Positions 26,296 through 40,690 of a DNA stretch of 64,000 nucleotides are shown here, one piece after another. Source of the DNA: Eledone cirrhosa (lineage: Eukaryota); assembly GCA_964016885.1 (NCBI GenBank), contig OZ024742.1, positions 104,222,001 to 104,286,000 of the forward strand, in the 5' to 3' direction. The notes below the pieces were generated by a model. It worked only from the letters and a program-made list of their open reading frames with translations, ran no database searches and had not been told where the DNA came from. Each line of letters begins with the position of its first letter. The first letter of the stretch is position 1. The position numbers were made by a program, and so were the translations under genes.

Positions 26296-28113
26296 AAGAT
26301 TGTAATGTGTTTGGTTAACTCTTCTAATTCAATAATAAGATATTAATTAACAACACTCAGCTTCTCATACTGTTTATGTATACTGAATAAACACCATTAT
26401 TTAACATCTGTTGAACAAGCTGTCACAGACAGACATTACACAAGATGAGCTATTGACCTCTCAGATGGGTCGGAAGTTTACATCTCGCCTACATACGTTC
26501 CTATGCTCAACCAAGAGCATTTTATCATGGCACCAGTACAAGGGAGGTTCTCATGTTTTTGACACAGCTAGATGCCCTTCCAACTTTATAGAATGTACTG
26601 GGTCCATCATGTACATCACTAAAAGTATGAAGTTTGTCACATAGATCACCAACAGTAGGGAGGCTGTAATGTCTCAATAAGTTGAATATTAAGGGCTAAT
26701 TTTACACACCAGTTATAACAAGATGTAAATAAAGCTTGAGGTTTTAGGACACAGAATATCACCATGGTTGAAGGTGAATATCAGTAAACAAATATCTACC
26801 TCACTTCTATTTATATCGAGCCTCAAGTACTGTATTATCGGATGATCTGTGGTGTAATTATAGCTTAGTTTTCTTGCTGTTCAACTAAGAAAAATAATTA
26901 TAAGATATTTTATCTTTCTATCAAGACACAAGAGAAAATAACTGTAACACCTCCAAACACACACACACACGCGTGCACACGCACACAACTCCATCTATCC
27001 CGAGCTAAAAAACAACAGGAAGATATATAAAAATAAGTAAAATAGATTCCATGGAGGTTAAAAGAATGCCCCCTTATATAATACTTTCATCACTCTTATT
27101 ATATTCTTTTTATGACTCACTAAGTAAAACCAGATGAGGGTAGTGGTGGTGCAGAGAGAGAAAAAGTACTAAGACATGTGCAATAGACTTATTATCAACA
27201 ACCCACAAGTAAATTGTAAATAATATACTCTGTGCTATTCTTCACTCTTTTACAGGGGTGGGGCCAACTAAATGACTCACAGATTAACATAGAAACAGAA
27301 TGAAATCCTTCTTTATTTTCATTTCACACAAATTAGAGATTAAGTATTTTTTTAATTCTTCTTCTTTTTGGTTTGTTTTTGGCTTATCTTCACACAAGTG
27401 GTTAGCATTATTTTGTGCAGATGCCCTAGCAGTGGAGATGATTGACATAATAAGAGCAGTGTTTTTGTATACAGCTTGCTAGCTCACTGAGCCGAGTTCA
27501 AAACCCGGTTGAGCTGAACACTGATTCCTTTATATTATCCCAAGGGCCAATGAAATAAGTGCCAAGATACTTTCAAAACTTGTAATCGTGTATGAAATGA
27601 CAAGCATATGCTTGATGATGGCAAAGCTAAGCTTTCAACTTTACATAGGATCTAATCTAAATTATGTCATAAAATATACACAAGAGATTGTCATCTTGGC
27701 AGGGATGGAACTGTGTGATCTAGAGAATGAGTAACTGAGGAGGAGGAAGAGGAGAAGAAGAAGCGAGGGGGAGGAGAAAATGAAGAAGAGAAAGAGATGA
27801 AGAAGAGGATGAAGAAAAGGAGAAGATGAAGAAGAAGATGAAGAAGAAGTTGATGATGAAGAACTGATTGATGACTGAAGAAGAAAGAGAAAGATTAAGA
27901 ATGGCAGTTCTTTGGATGAAAACCAGCACAACTAGAATAACGGAGGTTGCGTTGCTACAGAGTAAATATTTAATTACTGAATATAAGCCAGGCAGCTTCC
28001 CCTAAATATCCCCATCAAATTTCAATTATCAGAATATGAACATCTACCTATATTTTATTTTTCAATTTGAAATTATACAGGAAGACATATTATATACAAG
28101 CAATGGAGACAAT

Positions 28114-28456
28114 AATTGGTCTATCTCCTACATATATCTACAACAGAACAGGTACAAGTCAATATGAGAGACTATATAGTTACTTGACCTGAAAGAAATA
28201 ACAGCCAAATCTCTCTTAAATCACACCCAATTGGCCTATCCCCTACATATATCTACAACAGAACAGGTACAAGTCAATATGAGAGACTATATAGTTACTT
28301 GACCTGAAAGAAATAACAGCCAAATCTCTCTCAAATCACACCCAATTGGCCTATCTCCTACATATATCTACAACAGAACAGGTATGAGTCAATGTGAGAG
28401 ACTATATGGTTACTTGACCTTAAAGAAATAACAGCAAAATCTCTCTTAAATCACAC
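28114..28456. repeat. Tandem triplication of a 115-bp unit
   Basis: ctatc(t/c)cctacatatatctacaacagaacagg begins at 28121, 28236 and 28351. Confidence 0.92.
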
Positions 28457-29521
28457 ACTATAGTCATAGAAAATGAAAAACATCTGTTTTCTTTTTTTTT
28501 CTTTGCTAGGGTAGTACCAATGACCCTTTTGAGAGCCACTGAAAATGATGAAAGGAAGAAAGATAGTCTCAAACCAGAGAACTGGTTCAAATGCTTACAA
28601 ATAGCTAAAGGCCAGATGTTGGGGTTAACTTGGGTGATGGATTAAGTCTACCACCCAAGAAGGCCTCAACAAGATTTGAACTCAGAATGCAAAGAACCAG
28701 GATGGTTTGCAATGTCTGAGAGCTGGAATAGATACAATGGCTGGAATACTTTTGAGTATAGTATTTTTTTTAATAGATTTACTTGCCAATGTTTTAACAG
28801 ATAGAAGTGTGACTTATAGCACATAACAGAGAAGTGCTGATTATGTTAGGAGGGGAAAATCTTGTTTGGGCATTGACAGATACAAATTGTATATGCTACA
28901 GCTGATAACTTGTTGTAGTGGTGGTGATGGTGTGTGTGTTTTTTTGTGGGGGAGGGGCTATGAATGTAGCTTATGATGGGGAAAAGATCAAGAAATAGTG
29001 TGTTGCAGAGAAGAGCTACTGGACTCAAGATTGACTATAAAAAGAAAGATATAGGATAAGACTATATAACCAGATACAGTCAAGGACTATAGGTTATGTA
29101 TGTATGGACCTGCAACTCCTGATGGCGTGTTTTAAACATTTTAAACCTGGTGGAATTCATCCTCTCTCCAGGCCTGAACATAGCTATTTTTTCCAGAGAA
29201 GGAGAGACAGAGAGAAAGGAAGTGAGAAAGAAATAAAGAGGAATAATTGACCCCAGTACTTGACTGGTATTTTTTTTATCATCCCTGAAAGGATAAAAGG
29301 TAAACTTGATCACGGTGGGGTTTGAACTCAGAGCATAGAGAGCGAAAGCGAATACTGCAAAACATTCTAGCTGATGTTCTAATAATTCAACCAATTTGCT
29401 GCCTAGCATGGATATAAAAAGGCGAATGAACTCCTCAGAGTCAACGGCCATCCACTCCAACTATGGGTTAAATAGTCTCACCAACCAACAATTGGCCAAG
29501 CATCGTAAGTATGGCTATACC

Positions 29522-29691
29522 TAGGGCCTCCAAGAGAAATTTTGTAAGGTGGTTCAAGACCCCTTTGTAGCCTGAAGGAGGCAAAGATTTTTCACAAAAT
29601 GGATATTGCATGGTTGCTGTGGAGCCTTCTTAGCTCTTGGGCCCCGGAACAAAGTACCTGCTGGAGCCCCCCTCCCCTCTCATAGGCCCTG
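29522..29691. mobile_element. hAT-type MITE
   Basis: Termini tagggcct and aggccctg; 8-bp TSD gctatacc / gctacacc. Confidence 0.6.
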
Positions 29692-30076
29692 GCTACACCC
29701 CCTACATGACCAAAACCAAGAGAAATCAGTGGAAGTCAACCAGGAGTGAGAAGGCCCTGGATTGGTTTGGAGTGATTATAATTAATGCTGGTTAGATTGA
29801 GGATGCCAAGGAGGTATTACTGTTTAAAAAACAAAACAAACAATACTAGATTTAAAGAAAACATAATTCTATATATGTGTAAGGCATAATTGTGTTTTTG
29901 TGTAACAGTAGTTGTCTAATATAGTTATTAATGAAAACTGCTTTCAGGATTCACTGAATTATGTGAACCATGAGACTGATGCAATTCAACTGACCTCAGT
30001 AGCTATAATAATGGACAGAATTATAGCTTCTAATAAAGGAAGAAGTAAGGACTGCAGTTTATGAATTATTATTTTT

Positions 30077-30465
30077 GGTGGATTGGCAGTATCAGTAGAG
30101 GGTCGGACGCCATGCTTTCGAGCATGGTTACGTCCCTTTATGGTCTGAGTTCAAATCCCGCCGCGGTTAAATTTGCATTTCATCCTTACGGGGTCGATAA
30201 AATAAAGTACCAGTAATGCACTGGGTAATTGCTGGCCTTGTGCCAAAAGTAGAAACAATTATTTTTACATCTGGTGGTGGATTGGCAGTATCGCTAGGGG
30301 GTCAGACGCCATGCTTTGCAGCATAGAGTTACGCCCCATTATAATTTGACTTCAAATCCCGCCGAGGTTAACTTTGCCTTTCATCCTTACAGGGTCGATA
30401 AAATAAAGTCAATAATACACTGGGATAATTGCTTGCCTTGTGCCAAAAGTAGAAACAATTATTTT
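30077..30465 (+). mobile_element. Two head-to-tail SINE family A copies
   Basis: 30077-30262 and 30273-30460; each is followed by attatttttacatctg. Confidence 0.88.
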
Positions 30466-33400
30466 TACATCTGCTTTTCTATGCTGGTGTAGGTTGGATG
30501 TGACATTTTTGTGACAGCTAGATACCCTTCCTGATGCCAGCTCATAATTTATTTTTAAGTATGTTATATACTGAAGACATGGTTTCAACTATAAGCTGCA
30601 GGACATATTGTTTTATGTGGTATATAAACTTCACTGCTTACTTTAGACTGTGTTGCAGAGAGACACATGAAGATATACACACAAACGACAGGCTTCCTTA
30701 CAGTTTCCATCTACAAAATTCCCTCACAAAGCATTGAGGTCATAGTAGAAAATGTGCCCAAGGTGTCATGCAGAGGGATCAAACCTGAAACCATGTGGTT
30801 GCAAAGCAAACGTCTTACCACACAGCCATGCCTGTACCCGAAAGAAAGAACTTGGTATAGCCAACAGCAGAGAGAAAGATATTGTAGTATAGTCAATAAG
30901 AGAGTAGGGCCTATAACTTGTGCATACCTTTTAACAGAAATGGATTGCTCAAGAAGATTTAGGCTGGCCTGAAAAAATATTTTCTAGGTTAATTTAAGAT
31001 GAAATAAATCTATATATGTAAGCTATCTGAACCTGTTTCTCGCTATGTGTCTCTCACATGCATGCAAGCTCTCTCTGTTTCTTAAACATACCCATACACA
31101 CAGAGAGAAAGAAGCATAAAGGTAAAAGATCTAGGTTTGTTATCATTAAGGTAAGACTGACTATCAGGGTGTGATCTTTGTAAAATTTCTGTGTAGTTAT
31201 AAGTATGTATATAAATATATATGTTTATGCACACACACATGAATATGTACATATGTATAGATATATATGTATGTGATGAAAGTGACAAAGAGGAAAGAAA
31301 ATATCAACTTACCCTTAACTAAACTGTACCCCATCCCCTAAGGTCCAGTTAAGGCAAAGAGTAAGAGTAAAGGTGTTGGCGAAAAAATATTCTGTTGAAA
31401 TTCATGATAAATATAAACTGACTGTGATACTTGACAACAGGATGAGAGACACCCCAAAAAATAAACACACTATAAGATCCATGAAAAACTGTTATTAGCA
31501 ATCATATCTTAGATTCAGTGTTAGGTGCCGAAAATTATTATCATATGTAATAAAATACATGTCTTATCTCCTATTTGAGATAGCCTTCAACAATAAGGAA
31601 ACATTTTGCAATCTTATCCGAAGCTATCACTTCATGGTTGGTGTCTTGCAGAGATTAAAGAGAGAGAGACAGAGTTTCTTACTCAATGAATGACAGGCTT
31701 TTTATATAATGTATGTGTGAGTGTATGTATAATTTTGTAAACAAACCAAAATGAAGAGAAACCCAGATCAGAATCAAATCTACATTGCCCTAGTTAGCAT
31801 TATTATTTATGTTTGCTGCGTGTGTATATAAATTGGTAAACATTTGTAAACAATATTTTGAGAGTAAAAATAGTGACAAACTCTCTGATAGGAATGTATG
31901 CAAGTGTGTATATTTGAGTGTTTGTATAAGTATCTATCTATCTAGCTAGCTACCTACGTAGCTATTCATATATCTCTCTGTCCAGTTTTTTTCTTTACTT
32001 GTAAGATCTAGAGGAAGAAGCAATGGTAATATGGCCGTCATGTCTTAAGAGACCAGTGAGATTGATGCTCTTGATGTTCTGCTTAAACTATTGTAGTGTA
32101 ATGCTTATAGGAAAGACATGAGTGGATAGGGAACTTCAGAGGGCCAACATTCTGAACAGGAAGGACTGGCCATTGTAGTTAGTCCAGGACCTAGGGAGTT
32201 GTACAGAACATGGGTGATCAGAGGAGGAGTGATGAGTAAGTCACAAGTGACTGAGTGGAGGTGAGGAACAGAAGCTATTGTATCATCATTTAATGTCCGC
32301 TTTCCCTAGTAGCAAGGATTGGACGGGTCTTCACAAACCAAGTCAATGCTGAAGTGAGGTTACTAACCTCTAGGGTTAGGATATTAATGTGTGCAGCAAC
32401 AGTACTATTCCAGATATGGGAGTAGTACTCTATTGTGGTAGTACTCTGGATGTGCCAATATTTGAGATGTGGTCTTAGCTATGTTAACCCTTTCCTTATA
32501 TTTCTAATAAAAGACATTGCTTATGATTTTCAAATAATTTAAAACATAATGAAGAATTTGGAGGGATTTAGTTATATAACTAAGTTTCTTATTATTAAGC
32601 TGATATTTGGCACATAACAAAGGTTCTTACATAAAATTACAATGGAAGGTATCATCTGCCTATGACTGTGTGTGTCTGTGATGGGAGATGCTATAAATCT
32701 GAGAGAGGAGAAATATGTCCTTATTCTTCATACATTCTTTAAATCTTGGTTGTTATGAAGGGCATCCAATCACAGAGCATACAAGCAAGACAGTTATCTG
32801 ACAAGCCTAGCCTCAGTATGTGACATCTCATCTAACCCATGCAAGTATAGAAAATAAATGTTATATGGTGATGATAATGATGGTCACTTCATCTGGCTGC
32901 CAGATTATGTGACCAGCTTGAAATTTCAAAGTTACTACTAAGAAAAGAAAATTTACACTTTACTCATGAATATTGAGTGTTCATTTAGTTAATGTTTTAA
33001 TGTTTTAAGTACTGTGGTATTTTAAGCACCCATTCAAATAAATTTTATAAACCCATCTGTTACAGGTCAATGAGGGAGCATCTACATAATTGCTTCATCT
33101 GCTGTAGATAATAGCTAGATCTCACTCACATTACACACCCTCATCTAAAAAAAGTTAACATTTGAAAGAATGCATCGCAGTATTTGTTCTGGCTCTCTGC
33201 ACTCTGAGTTCAAGTCCCTCTGAAGTTAACTTTGTATTTCATCTTTTCTAGGTTTATAAAAAACAAACACTACCAGACCAATAATGGGATTGATTCTTCC
33301 TCTATAATTCTTTCTAACTTCCTCCCTATCAGAATTATATGGAAGAAATCAGCTGTGTTCAGATTGGAGAGAGACTGGGCTCCGCCAGGTTTAAACATGC

Positions 33401-33475
33401 CTTAGATATACTGTATGTCACAATGGCACCCTAGGATTCTATCAAGAGTTACAGGTCTATATAAACATTTGAATA

Positions 33476-33670
33476 TGAGGGTTGGCTGAAAAATACATTG
33501 GCTGATTATGAAGGAGTGATGCTAAAGCTGTGAAATCTTGCATGTATTAATTTCAACTCTTATTAATAACTGCATTAGTTCTCTCCAGGGACTATGTTGA
33601 AAAATAAAACTCATTTGGTCATTCCATGAGAGTATCTTGGTTAACCTATAAACTTTACAGCTGACCCTTG
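33476..33670. mobile_element. Tc1/mariner-type MITE
   Basis: TA flanks; internal sequence matches 60028-60209. Confidence 0.75.
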
Positions 33671-36298
33671 TATAAGCAGACATGCACACACACACACACA
33701 CACACACTTGTATACATTCTGATAAATTCCCACAGATATATTTGAGAGAAATAGATAGTTATATGAATAAAGTGACAGCAGTAGAAAGATAAACACTGTT
33801 ATAATGAAACTAATTAGAAATGTGATGACTATTTGCATATTAACAACTGACAAGGTTCTAATCCCAAAGACAATTTGTCCTTTCAACAACTTAACATTTT
33901 TATATCTTTCATTTAATTACTTACTCACATTTAAAACAGCCTAATTAGAGAATGATCTAATTTCTGTTGTACTTAAGTGATGTTAAAGATGCCTAACTGG
34001 GTAATAATTGAGATGTAAATAGATATAGATTGATGTGGGTGGTAGGAAGAAAGGTGGAGGAAGGTGGGTGCGTGTGAATTATGTAAAATGTAAAGAAAGA
34101 TGAAAATGATATACAACTGCACTATCTCTGATGTCAAAATGATACGATAGCAATGAAAGAGGATGTTTCATTTACAGTCACACTCGTGAAGATAAGAACA
34201 GTTAAAAAAAGGAAATAGGTTTGGGAAAAGAAAACGTAACTTAAAGAGGGTTTTAGCTCAACTATATTCTTGGAGGAATTTGGCACTATACTTTGTTACA
34301 ACTTTGTTGTGCTGTCTTCCTAAAGGGGTTTCAGGTAATGATGATATAGACAAATATTGTTACAAAATACAGAGTAAATAATTAAAGCTCTTGATGTCTT
34401 CGGTTCATCATCATCATCATCATCATTTTAATGTTCGTTTTTCCTGCTAGCAAGGGTTGGATGGGTCTACATAGACCATTTAAACTGATTAAATAAATAA
34501 ATGGTGATACTGTAGATTCTGTAGTCAATGAGTCAGAAGCATTGGTACCATGGTTTCCTATTATGTTTACAATTTCCTATATTGTTAGTCTTTAGATCTG
34601 CTCATAGTTTGTCATTTCTGTCAGCATAGTGTAATGACTATATCATATCATCATCATCATTTAATGTTCATTTTCTCTGTTAGCAAGGGTTGAACAGGTC
34701 AGGAGCTGCATTTTGCTTACAGACACTCCCACACGCTACAGAGTGTACTGGATGCGTTTTATTGTGGCACCAGCACTAAGGAGGTTGTCATGTCTTTGAC
34801 ACAATTGACGGTTCAGAAATCAAACATGTGATCATGGTTCCAACACCCTAACCACTAGGCCATGTAGCCAACTTCAACAACAGTGATCACCTGACCAGTC
34901 AGTTGAGATGCGATATAGTAAGCATGTAAGTTGAATGAAGCATGCAATGCTACTGTATGAATGTTCTAGTTACTAGCATATATAGATTTGGCTTTTAATA
35001 GGTTAAACCTTTCACAGGCTGCATCAGCTGGTGATATAGTGTACCATCTCCCCCTACATACAACAAGTCAATATCAGTAACATCAATTAACCATTTTAAT
35101 ACCAAATTGCCTGAAACCACTGCTGGTACCATGATACTAAGCTATTTATGTTAAAGTGGCATATTTATTAACACACCTTTTATCGAAATTCGGTGTCAGA
35201 ACCTTTGTTAAGTTATATTCCAAACACAAGCTTAATAATACGAAAATTAGTTATATTTCTAAATCCCTCCAAATTCTTGATTATTTTCAAATGATTTGAA
35301 AATTATAGGTACAGTGTCTTTAATAAGATCAAGCCACTTTTAAATGAATCCTCAGTTGATTGAAACTTCTAAATGCTAATAGTTTGGTCTCAACTTGAAA
35401 AGGTAAAGATAAACGAACCCGTTTAATACCAAACCACTAGAAAGCTATTTATTTTAAAGTGTTTATATTTATCTAAAAACATTCCATCATAATTCATATA
35501 AAATTTTTTGTTAAGCTATCTTCCAAACAAGTTTAATATTGAGAAAGTTAGTTATATTACTAAACCCTTTCAAATTTTTTTTATTGTTTTCAAAATTAAT
35601 TGAAAATCATAGGCGATGTTTTTCATTGGGAACGTGGTAATGAAAAGATTGTGTAATTGGTCAAGATTTTTTGTAGAATGAAAAATAATCCAGACATTTC
35701 TACCTGGATGATTAAAACATAACACATAAGAAAATAAGAAAGACAGAATATCAACAAATATCTCACACAGGGAAAATACAGTATATCTACAATCTACAAC
35801 ACCAAAACCAAAAGCAATGACAATATCAATCAATAATAAGGGTGGGTAGTGAAGGTTAAACCAGACACAACACAAGTGACTTACACACTCATGCAAATAG
35901 ATCAATTCAAAAGATGACCTATCAGCCCAAAAAAGGAGAAAGGTGTCAAGCTGGCAACACTAAAACCCAGTGAACAAAGTGCAGTGCCATGTCACATTCA
36001 ACAGTTGTCACATGCAGTGATAGTGTTTGGGAAATCATATAACAACAACAAAAATAACAACAGCAATACTTAAATGATATAAGAAGGTAAAAAGCAAACA
36101 ACAACAGTAATCATGCGGGTTATCAGCTGGACTGTTTTCAGTTTAAATCTAAAACATTTCCCATTAACTAAATCCCCCCAAACATGACATAGTTGATTGA
36201 ATTAATTCACAGTACATGACTGGCATTACTTTTCTCAAGCCTAAAGGGAAACAAATGTTGAATGCAGAGGGACTTGACTAATCACAGATGACATTTAA

Positions 36299-36518
36299 CC
36301 CTTTAGCATTTACATTACTCTATAGTTACTATTGTATTTTCACAGTAAAGGCTTTTTCTTGCATAATTATCTCACATAATATCGAATCTATGAGATTTTG
36401 ATGTTATTTATTTTGAGAACAATACCTTCATATCAGTATAAGTGGCTGGTTACAACCAGTTTGACAGAAAGATGTGAGAAAATTCTGGCCGGATACAGCC
36501 AGTTTAAATGCTAAAGGG
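36299..36518. mobile_element. piggyBac-type MITE, family 1
   Basis: TTAA|ccctttagcattta...taaatgctaaaggg|TTAA. Confidence 0.88.
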
Positions 36519-38361
36519 TTAAACCAGTGTCTTTCTGTTTTCTGCCATTCTTATAATGATATTTTTCTTCAACATTGGCAAGAAGAATCTTGAGCCACTG
36601 TGGTTAGTAGATACCAAGAACCTGACCAGTATAAAAAAGGCTCCTTTAAGGTATCTTGAGACAAATGGATTTAAGAGACAAGAGAAGGGTCATGAAAACA
36701 ATCCAGCTGATATAAGCAAACAAAAAACATAAGCAAACAGTTTGGTAGTTTAAAATCCTGTTGACAATGAGTATGTGTATTTTGTGCATGTAGTAATTAA
36801 CAAATAGTTAAAAATGACAGATGGGTGTAAAATTATTGGCTAAAATTAGCTGAAATATATAAGATAAGAATTTAGAAAATTTGGAAATTTACTTTTTTTT
36901 TTTTTACTATGAAAAATCAAAAGGGAATGTTTTTTTCTTAAAAAAAATGATATATACATATTTTTTTTTTTACATCAACAGGATTTCATCCACAGACTGT
37001 GCTACTCTGAATACCCTTTTATGGTAATGTTAATGTATAATAAATCATTAATAAATAACTAGATTAAATATAATACTCTACAATTAGTTACCAAACTACT
37101 AACCAGTCAGAATTAGTAGATTACCTTTCATATTTCTATACAACAAATAATGTTAATTAAAATAATTAACTACAAATTACTGATGATGTTTTAAAACTAA
37201 CTGTTAATTAATTAATTAAAGCAGTGGTTAATAATAAATATAATTACTGTCTACTTTTTTTAAATGTGTAAAAATCCTACCAATAACTTAGGAATTCTTG
37301 AAATATTTTGTTTCTGCTCAGAAAACTGAGGGGATATTTAATATACAGAAATACTTTAACATGTCTACATGATAATGGAATATTCTTTTTGTTCTTGTTT
37401 TATATCCATTTATCAAAATGAATATTCTTTACCTTTAAAGCATCTTCCTTTTTTTTTTTTAAATTTTACAACAGAAAGGAGGGAGTGGTGCCTGTTTTAT
37501 GTAAAATAGGTAAATTAGAACAAGCAGAGTTATGTACCTTGCTCAAAGTAAAATACGAGTGGACTACCTTAAATTGAGTCCCTGATTCTTGGTTTGAAAT
37601 ACATTACATTTTTCTAATTCTCATATTGCTCATATGCTTGGAAAATATATGAATGTCATATATCGTCAAGTGCTTTCAATTACAAATCTAATGCCTTCTG
37701 CCTTTGTAAGAAATTACACAATCAGAGACCAGGGCTACATTATCCATATGACCTATTAAGATTAGAGGCCTATTCTCTCATTCTTTAGATTTGTTTTCAT
37801 TAAACGGATGAGAAACAAAGTTTGTAACTTTCCAGGGCTCACCTGATTTAATGAAGTTAGCAATAATGGGATTTCTTAGTATATAAAATATTATAATAAT
37901 GTTATTTAACACTCAGATTATTGTTTACAAATGTATAATTTACCCTTTCCTGACCATATTTCTAATGAAATACACACTATTTCAATTAATCAATGAAGAA
38001 TTTTAAAGGATTTACTAAAATCATTAATTATTTCATTACTAAAACAGTAACTTGACATATGGTTTTTATATAAAATTATGTTGGAAGATTATAATTTAAA
38101 ACATGTGATTTTCTTTCAAACTAATTTTGGGCGGTTTTGTATCATAAGGGCTAAATATTGTTTATATATGTGTGTATGTTTGACCATGTGTATGTGCATG
38201 TGTACACACGCATACACATGCAGCTGACATACACTCAAACTATGACAATACATGTTTTTCCCTGGTTTTGCATAAGGGATGGGGTGTACTGGATTGAGAG
38301 TAGCACACTGGTCAGTGGGGACTACCGGCAAGCTTGTGGGTAAATTGGTAAGAATACATAC

Positions 38362-38741
38362 AAAGTTATTGGTTGGATAGCCTACGACATTATCCCACAC
38401 AGGGGACATGCTCCGCTGAACAGTACTCACAGACTGTTGATGTTGCTGTTGCTGTTTTTGGCTCTCGAAAGTTTGTGAAGTCACTGTGGTGTATGATTCG
38501 CTCTTATGCTGAATAAACTCTTGTTGTTGTTGCTGTTGCTGGATTACAACTGGTTGCGGTGGTGGTGCTGCTGCTGGTGGTGGTGGTGCTGCTATTGGCG
38601 GTGTTGTTGCTGCTGGTATAGGTGATGGCTGGGCAGGAGGGGGCGATGGTTCCTTCACAGTGGTTGCATTCATGGCTAGTATTGCTGCTTCAAGCTGATC
38701 AAGGTCAGGACCCACATCTTGGTTGGTCTGGGTACTTGATA
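38362..38741 (-). CDS. TNS: Tensin-like gene, Pro/Ala/Gln-rich exon (phase 1-0; donor position uncertain)
   Basis: Acceptor aaattctag|TA TCA gives VSSTQTNQDVGPDLDQLEAAILAM...; donor TTT|gtatgt gives phase 0, matching the next exon. Other phase-0 GT sites exist nearby. Confidence 0.7.
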
Positions 38742-38921
38742 CTAGAATTTAGAATTTAAAATACAATTAAAGCAAACAAAGACACAACATTGTGTAATAA
38801 ACAGGTTATTGATCATAACACCAATAATAATAATTAATACTAATTGCAAATTACTATCACATTATTATCATCATTATAATAATAATTATTATTATTATAT
38901 TTTGAATGTATGCTAGCTTAA

Positions 38922-39119
38922 CCCTTTAGTATTTACATTACTCTATATATACTATTGTATTTTCACAGTAAAGGCTTTATCTTACACCATATTGAATCTA
39001 TAAGATTTGTATATTATTTATTTTGAGAGCAATATCTTAACATCAGTATGAGCGGCCGGTTTGAACAGAAAGAGGCAAGAGAATTCTAACTGGATACAGA
39101 CAGTTTAAATGCTAAAGGG
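38922..39119. mobile_element. piggyBac-type MITE, family 1
   Basis: TTAA TSD, same TIRs and internal sequence. Confidence 0.85.
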
Positions 39120-40304
39120 TTAAAGTAAACTGCTTTGATGCAGGTTTTGACTATGAAAAATAAGTTGGGTATATCAGCCCCAAGGAGCAGAAAAAATAGA
39201 AAACATTGCCTGTATAACAGACAGGTGATGCTAAGATACATTCAAAATTCACTCTTAAAATTAGATTATTATCATTATTATCAGATTTAATTTCAACATT
39301 TTAAATGACACATTTGAAATTTGTTATCATTATCACAATCAATTAACTAAACTTGTTATTAATATTATTATTATTATTATTATAAAGAAAGAAATTATCA
39401 ACATCATAGTATTTCTATTTTCATACATTAATTTTAAACAATATAAAGTTATAAATTCTTATAGAATTACATTCAGATATCAATTTTACAAAGATGGTTT
39501 AATTAGAGGAAATTACCCCCCCCCCCCCCCCCCCCGCAAAATAAATAAATAAATAAAATAAATAAAATAAAATTAATTATAATTTTCATTAATATTTTAA
39601 AACCAGTATTATATATATTTTCTAGAAAACAAACAGTAAAAATTGTTATTTACAACACTTTTCCAATTATATTTCATGATGGTATATTAAAATGTGAATG
39701 GATAAAATAAAATAAAATAAAAAATAAATAAATAAAACAAGCATAGAATTTAGTCATGTGACAAAATAGTGAGAGCAAGGAGAAGAGAGTTGTAAAAGTC
39801 AATTAAGGAATCTTCATATTTTAGCAGAGTAGCTATTTCATTTGTTGAAAAGTTAATTGAATAATTAATAAATACAGGTGTGTGTATATATATATATATA
39901 TATGTGTGTGTATATATATCATCATCATCATTTAACGTCCATCTTCCACGCTTGCATGTGTTTGGACGGGAATTTTCCCACTTGAGGCAAGATTGGTTGA
40001 CTTGCTCTTATAGGACTGTCTGGCGGGTTTTCTACGGCTGGATGCCCTTCCTAACACCAACCACGTTTACAGTGTGAACTGGGAGGTGTTTACCGTGTTA
40101 CCTACACGGCCACATTACAGCGTGGACTGTGTGTTTTTTTTTTTGTCGTGACACCTACACGACCTCATTTGTTTTGGCCTGGATGTTGTGGTACCAACAT
40201 AACTTTACATTGGAAGGGGTGTGGTGGATGGGGTGGGGGTAGTGGGGCGGGGGTGTATTTTTGTTAGAGGTGCCTACTGACTGTAGGTTTCGCTTTGTAC
40301 TTAG

Positions 40305-40333
40305 GCAATACATATATATATATATGTATATAT

Positions 40334-40380
<47 letters not shown>

Positions 40381-40690
40381 TATATACACACATACATATA
40401 TATATATACACACACATACATACATATATATATACGCACACATACATATATATATATACACATACATATATATATACACACATACATATATATATATATA
40501 CATACATATATATATATACATACATATATATACATACACATACATATATATATACACACATACATATATATATACACACATACATATATATATATATACA
40601 CATATATATATATATATACACATATATATATATATATACACATATATATATATACACATACATATATATATACACACACATATATATATA
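40305..40690. repeat. Compound (TA)n/(CA)n microsatellite
   Basis: Read directly; source of the spurious YIYI ORFs. Confidence 0.95.

Noticed and set aside
27662-28010. Ser/Phe-rich ORFs and a possible alternative first exon
   Set aside because: (GAA/GAG)n low complexity; no convincing donor or promoter can be shown from sequence alone.
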